A stretch of 64,000 nucleotides of DNA from Eledone cirrhosa (Eukaryota). The notes beneath the pieces were generated by a model. That model saw only the letters and a program-made list of their open reading frames with translations, did not search any database and had not been told where the DNA came from. Of the stretch, positions 12,773 to 28,073 are shown one piece after another (the first letter of the stretch is position 1; every line of letters starts with the position of its first letter). The DNA lies in contig OZ024745.1 of assembly GCA_964016885.1 (NCBI GenBank), forward strand, positions 17,608,001 through 17,672,000. Direction: 5' to 3'. Position numbers and translations under genes: made by a program.

Positions 12773-13740
12773 GTGTGTGTGTATATATATATATTTATAT
12801 ATTTATATATGGTATTTATGAAATGTTCATCTATTGTGTAGAAAATAGGACCACCTGCAACTAACAGCTATATATTTTCATAGTCAGATAAGTCAACAAT
12901 AATGTTTGAACTTTTAAGAGCTGATTCAGAAGGAGGTCTGATTTCTCTGATGTTTTTTAAAATATTTTTTCTATAATTCACATAATTTGATGTTTTCTCT
13001 ACTACTGCTACTTTGAATAATAATTAATTACACATATCCTGTAAAAGAGATGTTTCTTCTGCTAATAGGAAAAGAGAAGAAGTAGATAAAATCATAGGAC
13101 AGGTGGGTAATTAAATGAATCTCTTATTAATGCTTCGAAATATTTTGGAACTCATTTAGAGTCATTTAAATAATCCATGAAATAATAGATCCCATTTCTG
13201 GCTAGAATCTTCCCATAATTTATCAGTTACTAATTCTATGGATGTTGATTCCATCCCAGCGATGGGATATTAAAGTAATATCTACGTTGTAAAGCATTTA
13301 TTATTTATTGAGAGCGCATAAGGACGAAATAACTACTGTTTTTCACTGCTCTATTGATAAGCTGCCACACGTACGGGTTGTACATAACTTTCAAACAGTG
13401 GAAATTGACTTAAATACATTAATACACAATGTATGTAATGTAGCGGTGGGATATAATGAAATGAAACCTGCTTCTAGAGTTGCTTGGAAAAAGAATGAGA
13501 AGGAATAATATCATTGATCTTGGCTAAGTTTGAAACTTTATTGCATGATTTATTTTAAGGATTAACAACACACGACGGAAGAAAACGACGAAAGTCTTCT
13601 AAAATTAAATATACTACTTGGTTTTAAACGTTAACTGGTTTCGAAACCTCAGTATATGATTTACATTGAACAATAAATAATTACAGCTATGTTATGATTT
13701 TACTACTTCATGATATGATTAGATGCATAATAATGATTGA

Positions 13741-13932
<192 letters not shown>

Positions 13933-15574
13933 TATATACATATATATATGTGTATGTGTCTGTATGTCACTGCGTGAGTGTGTGTGCGTGTTTGTCTATG
14001 TGTGGAAGGTGGTTTGTTTGAGAGCACATTGTATCACGACATTGTTGACGAGTTGGTCCGGATGCAATTACCGCTGTATCATACAATACATAATCACTGA
14101 AATATTACCAATCACGATACTGAAAAGAATTCCACTATAACCTCAGAAATGTTAACAATTACAGAAGTTAAGCAACCACCTCAGTATTGTCTTTCTTTGA
14201 TTTAATGCATGGTACAAGAAGTATATACAATCTGCTGTTCATCAATAGCCACACGATTAAAAACAATGCTGAGACCAAGATTTCAATGTAATAGAAGCAA
14301 TACCATAGGCACGCTTCAGTGAGCAGTTTATTTATCAAGGATGAAGGACCAGGACAATTATTTATTATACGTGTCCATTATACATTATTTAAATTTAGCT
14401 TCTTCAAGTTTTCGGGTCTTCTCAAGCATAAGGGTTATGTAAACCTAATTGAATGAATTTTCATAATACCATAAAGTGAAAGATAAAAAGCGAAGGAATT
14501 AGTAAATGAACGACGAAAATTTGAACACATTATCTTAGTTTATTACATCCGTTATTGAACCATCATTTCTATTAACATTACAATAGATACATTGTTACAC
14601 AATGTGCTACTCCCATCTCTGTATACGGCAGTTGTACGGTGATATCTGACGGAATAAATTCTTATGAAAGTATTGTCAGACGGATAAATTCTTGGTGAAT
14701 CTCATTACCACAACAATATTGAATGGAGAGAGTCAATAAATTAATGTGACATTTGCTTTCTACTACATATTTCGGATATAACGTATGAGCTCAAATATGG
14801 GAAGTTAATAATTTTCAGCATCTATAGAATGTATCTATAATATGTATCTATTCTAGGCATACCGCACAGATGAACTCAGTGAAGCATTATTGAAAAGTTC
14901 ATGAAAAATATTTAAAGATGCTACTGAGTGTAAAAGGAATCGACGTAAGCAGCTCTAACGCGTACCTTGTTTCATATATGCAACCGTTCCTTTTGTAATT
15001 ATATTCTTATCTCTTTGCATCAAAACACGTGTTAAAAATACTTATTTAACTCGTCAATGCTCAATGACATAAAGTTTTAAAACTGATGCCCTCACGCTCT
15101 GCTTTCTAACAAATAATGATCTACTACTGTTCAAATGAACATAATATGCATCAACGTTGACAGTTTCAAGGACCCTGAAAGAAAATGAATCACTCTACTT
15201 TTACGGAGTCAAAACCTGTGTAAACAGTGAAAAGCAGTAAGATTGGCTTTCCGACGTGATCTAAAAAATGAGAAGCTAATATCAGCTCAAATTCAAGGTG
15301 TAAATCCACATCGATGGCGAACGTAATAAATGGGTGAAAGTTAGTATTGGCATATTAGTGGAATTTTAGCATAACATTTCCCTTTAATTGTATATAAAAG
15401 AAATTGACAAAAACCCTAACAGACCACCTAGTAAAAGTAGTTACGTTGATCTCGACGTTAAATTGGATATGCTCTCTTGAGTATAGTAACGTATGTCTAA
15501 GATTCTTGTTTTTACTCGGCCCACAGGAAGATATACATCAACAAACATATTATATGTATGGTGTAAACTATTAA

Positions 15575-15757
15575 ATAATTGTTTCTACGTTTGGCACAAG
15601 GCCAGCAATTAACCAGTGCATTACTGGTACTTTATTTTATCGACCCCGTAAGGATGAAAAGCAAAGTTAACCTTGGCGGGATTCGAACTCAGACCGTAAA
15701 GCGACGTAACTATGCTGGAAAGCATGACGTCCGCCCTTCTAACGATACTGACAATCC
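15575..15757 (-). mobile_element. tRNA-derived SINE with Nin-like core
   Basis: Reverse complement of the 48360-48549 type: A and B boxes, ttcatccttacggggtcgataaa core, gaaacaattat end. Confidence 0.85.
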
Positions 15758-17419
15758 AATAATAACAATAAACTACACATGCATTACAAATGGGACCAGA
15801 AATAAGCGGATAATTCCTATGCAAATACCTCTTATTTTAACACACGTTTTAAACAAATGTCCATGTATGATTTGAGGACAGATTTCGTTAACACTATAAT
15901 TGTTTGCCGCCTCATTTTGCCCTTGCATATTTTGCTTTCACCTCGACAGAAAGGTCATACAATTTTACCTTCCAATAGAATATAATCTGTGTACAATATT
16001 TTTGCTAGAGATATTTCTGTTTGTCTTCTTTAAGTTTTTCATGGTTTTATATTGTACACTATAGTGTGGCTTTTTATATAGGACAATATATATTTCTTCT
16101 TCATCACTATGATGTCTGGAGTAAAAATATATGAGACGTATTTAAATTGTTTTATTCAAAGCTAGGCACATCTTCGGCGGGCATTTAGCAGTATAAAATA
16201 TTTTGTTTGAATGAAAAGAGGAAAACATACAAGGGATTTCAACCTTCACTGATGGGCTTCATCTAAATGAATCAAAGTCGGCATTATAATGAAACTGCAT
16301 CTTCTTTACGGCTAGCTGTCAGCTTATATCTACATCCCTCAGATAAATATCGATTTACTTGGGCATGTGTGTGCTATTCCAATTCTTCACAAAAAATTCT
16401 CTTATCAAAACGAGCAGTTTTTCTTCACAAAGTTTTGAAATTTTTTCGTGCCATTAAGCAAACTTGGTGGATTATTGGTAGGTGATCCCAAAGCTCATAT
16501 TTAATCCCCTTCTTTGATAACCTAAACAAAAATGATATATTATTGTTTTGCATTCCATTGCATTCCATTGCATTACTTCTTTATTTTGTTTTTGTTTTTA
16601 TTTTAGTGTTAATAAGATATTTGCGCATTTATGCCATTCATAGTCATGATCTGTTGATTAAATAACGGCCGCATGAGTCCATAAAAGAGCTATATATTAT
16701 TTTAAGTATTTCCAGAAGAAAATATGATTTTATTTAATAGTCTTCAAGAGATCTAAGTGGCAGTAAATAGCGTTCTAATTTCTCTTTGCGTCAGTTCTGA
16801 GCATTTATTTCTGCTCGATGTAATTAACAAGTTACTATTTCATTGTGTGAGTTATAAATATATATATAAAGAGAGAGAGAGAGAGGGGGAGAGATAAAGG
16901 AAGAGAGAGAAAGAGTAAGAGAGAGAGGGGTATATATATATATATATTAGATATTAGTTTAACAATGATAATAATGACGAAGGCAATTTATCGGAAACAA
17001 TGAAGTTAGAATCTTTATTGGTAGTACAGGGTTGGTATATGAATAGACCATACAAATATATATTCCAGATTTTCTTTTGGGGTTGATAAAGAAAGTGGAA
17101 GGAGTAGTCTAGGACCACTGCCCCGACTATCATTTGAGGACTAAGTGGTCGAAGAAGAAGAAGAAGTGGTGAGTGCATTATGCTAAAAGGAAATACATCT
17201 TCTGAGGGATGTCTTTATAAAGGGATTGTAAGTATATGGTTGATAATAAATAAGGCTGTTTTTATATGGGTGCTCTATTTCAGATATAGAGACATTACCT
17301 GGTTATTGTAGATTAATTCATAAGTACTAGTCCTTCAAGTCTAGTGTCTAAAAAACTGACAGATGTTAACGACAGCAACAGTTGACTGGTGAAATAACAA
17401 GTCAGTCAATCATATTGGT

Positions 17420-17865
17420 GGCCTCCCCACAGCCACGGCTGACAGAATGGAGAAGGCGTTTTCCCAGTGGACGGCAAGGGAGACACGCTGGAAAAGCGTT
17501 CCAACTCGCGAGGCTCACACCTGCCGCTGGCCAACTCAGTGCCTATGTGGTGAGTATGGAGGTAGCCCTAGGGCCGAGGACACCAGAGGTCTCCACTGCC
17601 AAGTTTACCACCACAAACCTGTCGGAGAGCGGCCGGTATTTGGAGAGTTTGGCCTCCCCACCCCGACGTGCAGCAGAACCAGGGTTAGTCGTATACTGCA
17701 ACAGATGCGATGCGCGTGGAGAAAGTGTCGGTGCAAGTGGCATCCCAGACGAGGGGTTTGCCACCGCGGAACGGAAAGATGTTCATACCATCTGGCCTTT
17801 TGCCGTCGCCTCGGTCCAGCCCCACCGGCTCGAGCTGGGAGGGAAGCCTGCAGCGTCCAAGATAA
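17420..17865 (-). pseudogene. CRE-clade non-LTR retrotransposon, C-terminal restriction-like endonuclease fragment
   Basis: Across frameshifts: GLDRGDGKRPDGM..FPFRGGKPLVWDATCTDT / PGSAA...KLSKY..L..RF....AVETSGVLGP / CEPRE...LAV...NAFSIL. Confidence 0.85.
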
Positions 17866-20489
17866 TTTATAAGTTACTGTATTGCTAACTGGAGAAAGTA
17901 AAGTTTGATCAATAATATTCAATAAATTAATAATATTTAATAAAAACACAATATAGAAGGCAAACCTTGTTTCTTAATCGAGGTTATATTTTTATACATA
18001 AATACATATATAGTAAGAAAAAAAATATTTTTCAAATTGAATGGTGATTTAGGATTGGTAATAAAGTTTGTATAGAGGAAGACGGTTTTGCTAATTATAT
18101 AGGTTGTTTAGGTTAATTCTTAAATCATATGAGAAGTGAATTCTGATTCCAATAAGGGAAAAAATTCACTGATATAAAGTGTTCAGGCTAAAATTATCTC
18201 GAAAAGATTGTAAAACAATGAAATGAATATGTAAAATAAATTGCCTTCACTATTATTATCATTGTTAAACTATTATCTAATATATCAGATTGACTTAACT
18301 AACATGGAATCTGTCTCTGGATCTCACTGAATTACTTGCTAACGGATTTCATTGAGTTGTAGCGACGAAATGGTCACTGGAAGCCGGTTTATGGTAGAAA
18401 TCGGTGTTGATTTCTATATTTTCAGTGATATCCAGTCTGAAGCCGAGAAAGGGCTAGGGAGCCGGAGTCGGAGAAATGTTCTCTCTTTATATATATAAAT
18501 GTATATATATGAATTCATTAAATCCAATAGAAGGCGAGTTCTCTCTCCTTTTAGTTTAATATGGAGAAAATAAGAATAACGTATCGTGGGACATCTTATA
18601 GAATTGTATGATAATAAAACTGAAATAAGAAAATATAAGTACAACCAAAGATTACCTATTCTGAGAACCGAATACGGAAAACTTAATACCATAATGAGTC
18701 TGATAAGAGGAAGTACTTGAATGCCATTAATGATAACACTGAATTTCATGTAAATAGAATTGGTGGGTGGTGTAATATCATTATTCGATTAGCTTATCAC
18801 GAAATTAACTAAATTACGAACAGTCGCAGAATAGACAATGGGCTAACGATTAGAAATACACAAGAGACTTAAGATAAGAAAATTACTTTGAAACAGTAAT
18901 GTTGCGTGTTACACTCTACGTTTAGAAACAAAATAAGTTGTAGTAATGATTATATATCTTATTAATTCATATATCAATGCTTTTTGAATTGATTTATGAT
19001 CACCTTTTTCCTTCATGCCTACAGGTACGGATTACAGAAAGGTTAAAATACCTTGATTGATATATGAGCCTGATATTCGAAACTAGCCAATGTCGCATTA
19101 GTTCGTTTTGTTTTATAGCAAAATATATAACTTTTGTTCTCTGTCGTAGATATATTTAAGTATCAAAACAATCTCATTCGACAGATATCATATGTAGAAA
19201 GCCACCGAGAGAATTGAAGTAAGACTATATAATCATAGTATTACTATCCCTTTAAGAAACTGGAGATTAATGTAGTAAATCGGAGTAAGCAATTTCTGTT
19301 CCTTTGGACCTATCATTGATGGATTGGAGGAAGTGAACTGAGAATTCAAGGTTAATAAGAAGAGAGACATCAGGAGAAACAATCCAATTAATTCAATTTA
19401 TATCCATTTCACCATTTCCACATAGATCCTCACGGATATCATGATGTTAGCCATCAATAGTTCTATGCAATCAGCAAATCTAATTGCCAGACTTCAATAA
19501 CGTGTTTGTAGAAATATACGTTCAATAATAGGTTTCTTGTTCGTCAGGAATTTCCAAGATGGTTCCCTAATAAGTAAACAAATTCCTGTCAGTGATTTTC
19601 ACAAGCATTTTTACCTTGATGATACTTGCTTTCTACATAATGTTATATATGCAAATGACTGATAGATTTCTTCGACATAATTTAATGGAAATTTGCAACG
19701 CTAAGAACATTGATATATTTTCATCTGAATTGCGAAATATTCAATCTGACGATTTTGGTCGTTCTTATGTCCGTTGCAAAGCTGAGTGTTTAATACATAT
19801 TCCAGTGTTCAACTAACGCAAGTTCGACTAATTAGTCGATTATTATGCTATAACTAATAAACAACTTTTCCTCCGTCACCGTAAAATGGTAAACGACACA
19901 CTGGATAATCCAAGTCTAGATACACAGTCTCAAAACAATAAAAACAATTTTACAATTGGAACTTTCGGGGCTACACACGCATCTATACTCTAATGCTCTG
20001 GTATGTAGGATTTAATGTACTAGGATCAACCAGAATATCATCAGATATGGCATTTATTCTTAATTCATTGTCACACTCATGTTACAATATGAACATACCA
20101 GACGTGAGGTTTGATTCGAGTTTGACCCGACGCAGTTAAAAGCTGCAGACAAAGTCTCTGTAATACTATATTAAGCATTGCAAATTGAAACCAAATTAGC
20201 AGGGGTACATTTATTAGAGTCAAAATATATCGGCACATGATCCAATTAGATACGTTATCAACCCTAATTTTCATATAGCTCCAACCCATATCACATATAG
20301 TTGTGGAATCTAAAGGCTGGATCACTGTAATAATAATAATTGTTATTATTATTTTGTTGTTGTTGTTATTGTTCATTTACAAAACGTTATGACTTATATC
20401 GAGTGCGTGTGTGCGTTGATGTTCTCCCCCTTTCACTCATAGCTCCCATCCCTCCCACTCTCCCTATCTTTCACTATTATATGCAAATG

Positions 20490-20645
20490 GGAGCGAATGG
20501 GCTGGCCATCCTGTGCTCCCTCCTGACGGAATAGAGAATGCGTTTCGTAGTAGGATGGTGAGGGAAATGCGTAGGAACAGCTATTCCGGGTTCACGAGGC
20601 TCACATCTGCGGGCAACCAACTCCATGTCGATGGAGGTGATCTGG
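20490..20645 (-). mobile_element. CRE-clade 3' fragment
   Basis: ELVARRCEPRE / LFLRISLTILLRNAFSI, homologous to the end of 17420-17865. Confidence 0.7.
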
Positions 20646-21975
20646 GAGGTTATAAACGATCAAAAGATTATTTATTAGTTGATATTTATGTATGACATAA
20701 CGTCATATGCCGAGAGGGTTTAAGTCTGACATAAAAATGGAGTTTGGTATTTACAACTATGGATTCTTTATGATGAAAAGTAGGAAATACCATAAAAGAA
20801 CGTGCTAGTTTAACCAAACAACAAAATATCCTATTGATTGACAGTTAATTGTAATATCCATCATGTGACATAGCGTGGTAAAGAACAAAATAAGATAGAT
20901 AAAAAGAAATAGTAAGTGATGTCAGACTCTATTCTATATATCAGCGGAAAAGATGGGACAAGATGACGGATATCTGAAGACGATTATGTGGGTTTAAATG
21001 AAAACATGTTGAGGAAATACACCGCTGACAGCAAAAGAGGGTCGTAGATCGCAGTAGAAAGAAATAATATATTCGCTGAAAAGACCGAAACATTAATATC
21101 ACCTAATATCACAATACTGCCATTGTGATAGAAAATCACTCCCCAGCTGCTACAAAAGTATGTTCTTAAAATAAAGGGAGTCTCTAGCTACGGAACGAGG
21201 CTCATCACAAAAGTTGTAGATGAACAAATCATCTAGGATTAGTGGAAAAGATTTACTGAACATGCAGAAAGCTGCGCCTGTATCGTCAAAATATAATATG
21301 TCTGCTAAGGGTATAATAATAAACAGAACTGTGACAAAGTTATTGCAAATGTACATTGGTAAATTTGTAAAGCTTTTTGAAATAAGCATGGTGAACACTG
21401 TACGATCATAAAACATGAAAATGTTACTAGAAGTGTAAAGATCCAAGGACATGAAAACTGGTGTACAGAGATCCTTATGCATATTTAAAACATACATGTG
21501 GGTTTGGTTATTCAGTGTTGCTGGCTGACTTGATACTAAAATTGATGGCAAAGATTGCGAGAAAATAGAAATATATCAACACCGAAAATATAAAATCGAG
21601 AGAATATGGAAACCCCCCTATATAGTGATAAGGCCCGTGTTTGATCCTAAAGTTTTGTATCGTGGGTAAATATATTTTTAGTACAATCTTCTCTTCACTT
21701 AGCATTATATGTTGGATTTGGTAAGCGGAAACCAAATAGATGCCCTTTGGCTGAGTAACGTTTCTCACATGATGTCAAGCTGCAAGTCTTCGAGGATTAA
21801 ACTTAGCATGCACGTGCCTGTCGCATAATCTACCATTTAGTCGTTAATTATTCGATTAGGACTTTCCGCTGCATGGAAAACTCAATGCTAAATAGGTTAG
21901 ATTTCTAATTTGTAAAGAGAAAATAAATTTTTAACCTGGTCACATTTGTTCTGTGAGTTAAATAACGTTTTTTTA

Positions 21976-22162
21976 ATAATTGTTTCTACATTTGGTACAA
22001 GGGCAGCAATTACCCAGTGCATTACTGGTACTTTATTTTATCGACCCCGTAAGGATGAAAGGCAACGTTAACCTCGGCGGGATTTGAACTCATAATGGCA
22101 AGGGCCTTAACTCTATGCGTCAAAGCATGGCATCCGACCCTCTACCAATACTGCCAATCCAC
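21976..22162 (-). mobile_element. tRNA-derived SINE
   Basis: Full-length match to the other copies. Confidence 0.9.
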
Positions 22163-22789
22163 CTAAACGTTTGTTTAATAATATTGCAAACTTATATCCC
22201 AATTAGTGAATAATAGCGTGCATGACTGAGCCATCGATCACGTGGTGAGTGTGTCAACGTAGCGTTTGTATTACGGTGAAAATAAATATTTGCTCCGAAA
22301 CCAGCTTCAGCTTGTATAGGTTACTCTGGTATTCTGTGGCGTTTTATCAAATTATTCTGCTAACGCTAGAACGAATGTTTCGACAATACGATTAACCGTA
22401 GTCACACAACGCCAGCATTCTATTTCCTATATTTCCATTTGCTTGCTGCATCACTAATCTTATTATCGGCATAATTTGTTGGTAACGTTTGTAGGTAACG
22501 TTTTCATTTCATTTTCATTCATGTTAAGGACGGCGCTATATCTCCTTTCTACTGGCAATTTCTTGTATACCCTGAGAGGTGACTGAAATTCATGGCTGTG
22601 TGTATTAAAGGTATAATTGTTTCTGAGCGTAATTTCGACAAATGTGGGTATTCGGATATTTACCTCTTCTTGCAAAACACAAAAGAGGCTGAGTCAGTTT
22701 GTCAACAACATGCTGAATTTTCTCCTGTATGGTTTAGATGGATAAAGTGTAGAGTAACAGTTGTACCAGTTACTCTATTTTTCTTCATC

Positions 22790-23040
22790 GTCACCCACTT
22801 ATTCAGGAGAAGGTTGATGGGGCAGAATCCTCAAACACTCCTTCCAGTCTGTCCTTTCAGAAGCAAACATCTCCAACTGATCTGGCTAGATCTCCAAGCA
22901 AAACCAGCCAAGCTCATGGATGTTATCCAACGATCATGCTCGGGGTTTACCCCAAGGTCTTCTGCCGGTTGGTTTTGCCCGTAAAATCTGACCAGCGATT
23001 ATTTTCTGAGACATTTCAGCCCCATGCCCATAGTATCGGA
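22790..23040 (-). mobile_element. RTE-clade LINE 3' end
   Basis: YGH..EM....AGQILRAKPTGRRPWGKPR..LDNI...LEMFASERTDWKECL, a typical RTE C-terminus with stops. Confidence 0.75.
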
Positions 23041-23579
23041 TGTGTGATATCTCAATTCGGAACTTGAAAATAAGGCTAAATTATGCTCCAATTTGGGCCA
23101 TACAATGAAACAGCAATAAACACAAAAATTGCATAGATACATTTCTTTATATCACGGCTATTATATATCTCTAAAGAAAATGTTATTATCCGAGTGAAAA
23201 TGCAGGAAGAAAAACATCCTGAAACTGAAGTTATAATAATAAATTCTATATTTTCTTTGTGGGTTGATATCATAAACATTCTAATCTTTTTGAAACCATG
23301 TTAAACTATTTCCATGAAAGAATTAATGAAACGTAGATCTAACTAAAATCTCTTCTAAGAATATGTAATAGCAAATTCGTTTAACGGAATTACACGGACG
23401 GCATCGATGTTCTGAATTCATAAAAAGCCCGAGTAAATTTATCAGATAAGCAATTCAACATTGTATTTACAATTCGGTTATGTAACAGACGCTACCTCGT
23501 CATACTCAACATCATAAAATGTAGTGATCAATTGCGTTGTCCCGAATACTATTGTTCACTAATTCCTATTTAATTCCTC

Positions 23580-23730
23580 TGAATGGAGCGTGTACAGTGC
23601 ACTCTACATTTGAGTGGAGATCCACTGAATGAGGTAGAAGTGTTCAAACATCTCTGAACCGTGGGCACGTGTGGTGGAAGAGAGGAAGCCGAATTAAGTG
23701 CAAGAATTTCAGAAACTGGTGTGTCCGCAA
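23580..23730 (+). mobile_element. RTE-clade LINE internal fragment
   Basis: LHLSGDPLNEVEVFKHL*TV.T.GG..EAELSARI resembles the L..V..FKYLG...E...RI motif. Confidence 0.6.
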
Positions 23731-24068
23731 TAGGAATTACATGGCCAACCCAGCCTGACTACGATTCCAGTAGAATAGACTGTGATCTAAACATACTGTC
23801 ACGTTGCAGAATAACCTCGTTAAAAAAAATGGTCTCTCCAATAACCACATATTATGGGTCATAGATGATGCAGATTCCAGCTTATAAGATTTTTAATATG
23901 ACAGCGATAGAGCGTGTAAATGACAGCAGGGTACATTGATATGGTAGCACTACACCTCGGTAGATTTTGCACTTTCGTCTGATAAAGTTATGTCACTTAT
24001 TTTAACAGGAAGTTGTTCAGCTTTCTGAAATCTATCTTAGCGGCATGGATGCACTCATACACCACCAC

Positions 24069-24142
<74 letters not shown>

Positions 24143-24148
<6 letters not shown>

Positions 24149-25740
24149 ATACTTTGGGAGGGTCATGTTGCCAATAAGAAACACACGCACCTAAGTGGTC
24201 ACTTCAATTTATTATAATAAATTTATAAATTTAGGAATTTATAAATTTCCGGTTGATTGGTTGGTTCCATAATCAGATGGTTGTTTATATATTGTCAAAT
24301 TTATTTCGTCACACATTCTGTGACCTCTTCAGTGACTGGGGATTCTTTTCTTTGTTTTTGTGCCTCTCCTTTGTTCTGTCCTACGCCATTTTGTTTCTGT
24401 GTGTGTGTTGTGTGCTCAGTCTGCGCATGCGCCACATCCGGGTGTCTGTGTGTGTTTATATTCGTTTATTTATTTGTTTATTTATATGTTACAGGTTGGT
24501 TGTTTGTTCTATGTGCGTGTGTGTTTTCATTTTGTCCTTAATTGTAAGTTGTGATGTTGCTGTTCCACTCATATTTTCTATTTAATTTTGGTTGTAATTC
24601 TTTTATGTTTATTGCCTCTGTGATTTGTCTAAACATTGCGTCTTTTCTGTGTGTGGATTCTATTTTTTTTCTATGTTCTCTAATTTACCCTTATGTTCTA
24701 TTTTAGCATGTTGGTAGTTTACAGATGATTCTTTACTATCTTGAAGGTCTCGCCAGTGTTCATTTATCCGTTCCCCTACACTACGAGCTGTCTCACCTAT
24801 GTACACTATATTTTTGTCTCTACATTGTCCTTCAGTACATCTTATGCTATATACTACATTTGTAGTTATACAGTTAATATGATGGCTTAATTTACATATT
24901 ATACATTTTTTTATCTATACAGGGGGGTTCTTTGAAAAGGGTATGTCTTGCTAATAAGTGTTTTTACGGAGGTACCTGGTCTTTCTACTATCTTAATATT
25001 GAGTTTATGTTTGTCTAGGGCCCTTCTAAATTTTTAAGCTAATTCACCTCTAGGGGTTGTATCGATGAACATTACACTCTGGTATTTATTGCTATCATAC
25101 CATGAGTTTATTCTATTAGCCTTATTCCTAGTTCTTTCTATTCTATTCCAAAATTTGTACCTATACAAGGGGCAGGTCCCATTTGTGTCATTATTTACCA
25201 TTTTTTCCCATTTGGTTCTGGCTCCTCTATACACTCTGATTGTATCTCTCTGATTGTAACCAGAGAACTGCATACGGTGGATGAAGTGTTGTATGTGTCT
25301 CTCTAGTTCTTCGGGGTTGCACATGCGGGACACGTTTCTCATCACCCGTACCAAATCCGCAATCAGTATGTTGATTTTGGTATGGTCCGAAGCAGCTGAG
25401 TTTCGGTGGATCAGATATTTGGAAGTCATGGGTTTGGCATAATGGGAATGGAGGATTTGTTTTTTGTTATTAATGGTATCTAACCAGAGCTCTGTGTCTA
25501 GTACAGGTAATCGATGGTTGGGGTGTTTACTTGGGTAGTCTATAGTAACTCTAATACTCTGGTGGATGGAGTTAGCTATTTGCTGGATGCTTTCCATTGT
25601 GTTTTTCTCTAATTCCTGACTGTTCTCTAGTTGGGGTGTTTTAACTTCGATATTTATATCATCAACGTAGCGGGAGTACATTATCAGGGTTATGGGTCTT
25701 CTAATTGTTCTTTAAGTTTAAGTTTAAGTCAAGTGTCCCA
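24143..25740 (-). mobile_element. PLE family A, 5'-truncated (RT C-half, endonuclease, pLTR)
   Basis: ORF 25034-25681 is nearly identical to 17-985 (SRYVDD...); in-frame stop at 25034; ends in (TA)n. Confidence 0.92.
24294..24336 (-). ncRNA. Minimal hammerhead motif (family A)
   Basis: GTCA-CTGAAGA-G-GTCACA..TGTGAC-GAAA-T(aa)A-TT-TGAC. Confidence 0.7.
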
Positions 25741-26654
25741 CAATATTAAGATAGTAGAAAGACCAGGTACCTCCGTAAAAACACTTATTAGCCAGACATA
25801 CCCTTTTCAAAGACCCCCTGTATAGATAAGAAATGTATAATATGTAAATTAAGCAATCATATTAACTGTATAACTACAAATGTAGTATATAGCATAAGAT
25901 GTACTGAAGGACAATGTAGAGACAAAAATATAGTGTACATAAGTGAGACAGCTCGTAGTGTAGGGGAACGGATAAATGAACACTGGCGAGACCTTCAAGA
26001 TAGTAAAGAATCATCTGTAAACTACCAACATGCTAAAATAGAACATAATGGTAAATTAGAGAACATAGAAATAAAAATAGAATCTACACACAGAAAAGAT
26101 GCAATATTTATACAAATCACAGAGGCAATAAACATAAAAGAATTACAACCAAATTTAAATAGAAAATATGAGTGGAACAGCAGCATCACAACTTACAATT
26201 AAGGACAAAATGAAAACACACACGCACATAGAACAAACAACCAACCTGTAATATGTAAATAAACAAATAAATAAACGAATATAAACACACACAGACACCC
26301 GGATGTGGCGCATGCGCAGACTGAGCACACAACACACACAGAAACAAAATGGCGTAGGACAGAACAAAGGAGAGGCACAAAAACAGAGAAAAGAATCCCC
26401 AGTCACTGAAGAGGTCACATAATGTGTGACGAAAGAACGTTGACAATATATAAACAACCATCTGATTATGGAACCAACCAATCAACCGGAAATTTATAAA
26501 TTCCTAAATTTATAAATTTATTATAATAAATTGAAGTGACAGCTACTGGTGCGTGTGTTTCTTATTGGCAACATGACCCTCCCAAAGTATAACAATATCG
26601 GTTTCAACACACGTCTTCAGATAAAGAATCTTGCTAAACAAATTCAGAAACGAA
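25741..26654 (+). mobile_element. Inverted 3' copy of PLE family A with a ~55-nt tail extension
   Basis: 25741-26597 is the reverse complement of about 24143-25001. Confidence 0.92.
26402..26444 (+). ncRNA. Minimal hammerhead motif (family A), U16.1 to G, probably inactive
   Basis: GTCA-CTGAAGA-G-GTCACA..TGTGAC-GAAA-G(aa)C-GT-TGAC. Confidence 0.55.
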
Positions 26655-26761
<107 letters not shown>

Positions 26762-27389
26762 CGTGCGTGTGTGTGTGTATAAGGAATGTACTTGTGAAAA
26801 ATGGGTATAATACATTATGAACTTATTTACGTAAAGTAAATTGACATGTGTCATATTCTTTAGTTAATTATTATTTCTTGGAAGAATGAATTTTGAAAAT
26901 GTAATTGGCGTTTACGACGAGTATATTTTGTTACTTTTTATTCAGATTGTTTATATTTTGTATTCTGAGAATAAGTTACATGTTAAAAAAAATACTAATG
27001 GTAAATTTTATATATAACGCGAAACAGTAAAGGAAACACTCTTTAACTATTAGTGAATGAAACCAATTTGCTCTCGAAATTGATTGCTACTGCAATACAC
27101 ACTTCGGCCATCAAGTGATACGTTATTCCTTATTACACGCTAAGAATGTTATTGCTTAAATTGTCTTTGCCATGGTATAACAAAATATTTCTTTCCGTAT
27201 TTTCATGTATAAATTCTGTAGGTAAGTTCTATACTTGGCACAAACATTTATGTTCGTACCCATGGCATTCAAGATATTCCATACTTCGAATCAAAGCTAT
27301 TGATGATCAGCTTCAAATGCTCTGATTCAACTACGTCTGAGAGGAAATTCCGGAGTGTCATATTTTTGAGGCATAATATAGGCGGCTTT

Positions 27390-27570
27390 CGTATAGATTT
27401 GTGGTAGAGCCAGCGCCAGTGTACTTTGCCACGGGACCACATTCTTGCTCACTGCTATCGGGACCGTGTTAACCGCACGCAGGGGCGAGTGCCGCTATGC
27501 TAAGTGGCTGTAACAGAGCGTCTCCCCCACCATCCTCCGCGGTAATGCGTTCCCCAGAGGCGTATGGCAA
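27390..27570 (+). mobile_element. CRE-clade 3' fragment
   Basis: ARRGECRYAKWL*QSVSPTILRGNAF. Confidence 0.7.
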
Positions 27571-27990
27571 GTCAGTTGGTGGTGGAAGATACTCGTTCGG
27601 ACATAGTGAACAGGTTTGTGACTATAGTTGGAAATAGGAGTATTAGATGCGATGTTGTGTAGGTCCCGATGTCGCAGAGATACTTGAATTATTGATGTTA
27701 TATTACCGATAGAAGAGGGAGAGAGAAATTGATTACCAATAGGCAAGATGTTAGGGTGTATGGTAAAATCCAGGACAGTCGCTTGAAAACGTCCCTCTGG
27801 ATGGAACCTCCCTCTGTATGTAATTAGAATACCATCCAAAATATTTGTGAGCATTAAAACATTGAGGGTTATATATGAGTTGTTGTGGTGTTAAGTATTG
27901 ATACTAAATTACATTTTGTCTTAAAGGGAAAAGCCAGTCTGTAATTTGTAGTTTTCCGGCATCCTGTCATATTCAAGTACACGCATGCAC

Positions 27991-28073
<83 letters not shown>

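Noticed and set aside
20968-21015. Other CTGANGA…GAAA co-occurrences (also 19530, 28955, 40634, 51680, 54961)
   Set aside because: Helices I or II do not pair; expected by chance in AT-rich DNA.
21150-21768. Hydrophobic minus-strand ORFs resembling a membrane-protein exon
   Set aside because: No recognisable motif, broken frames and no splice evidence.
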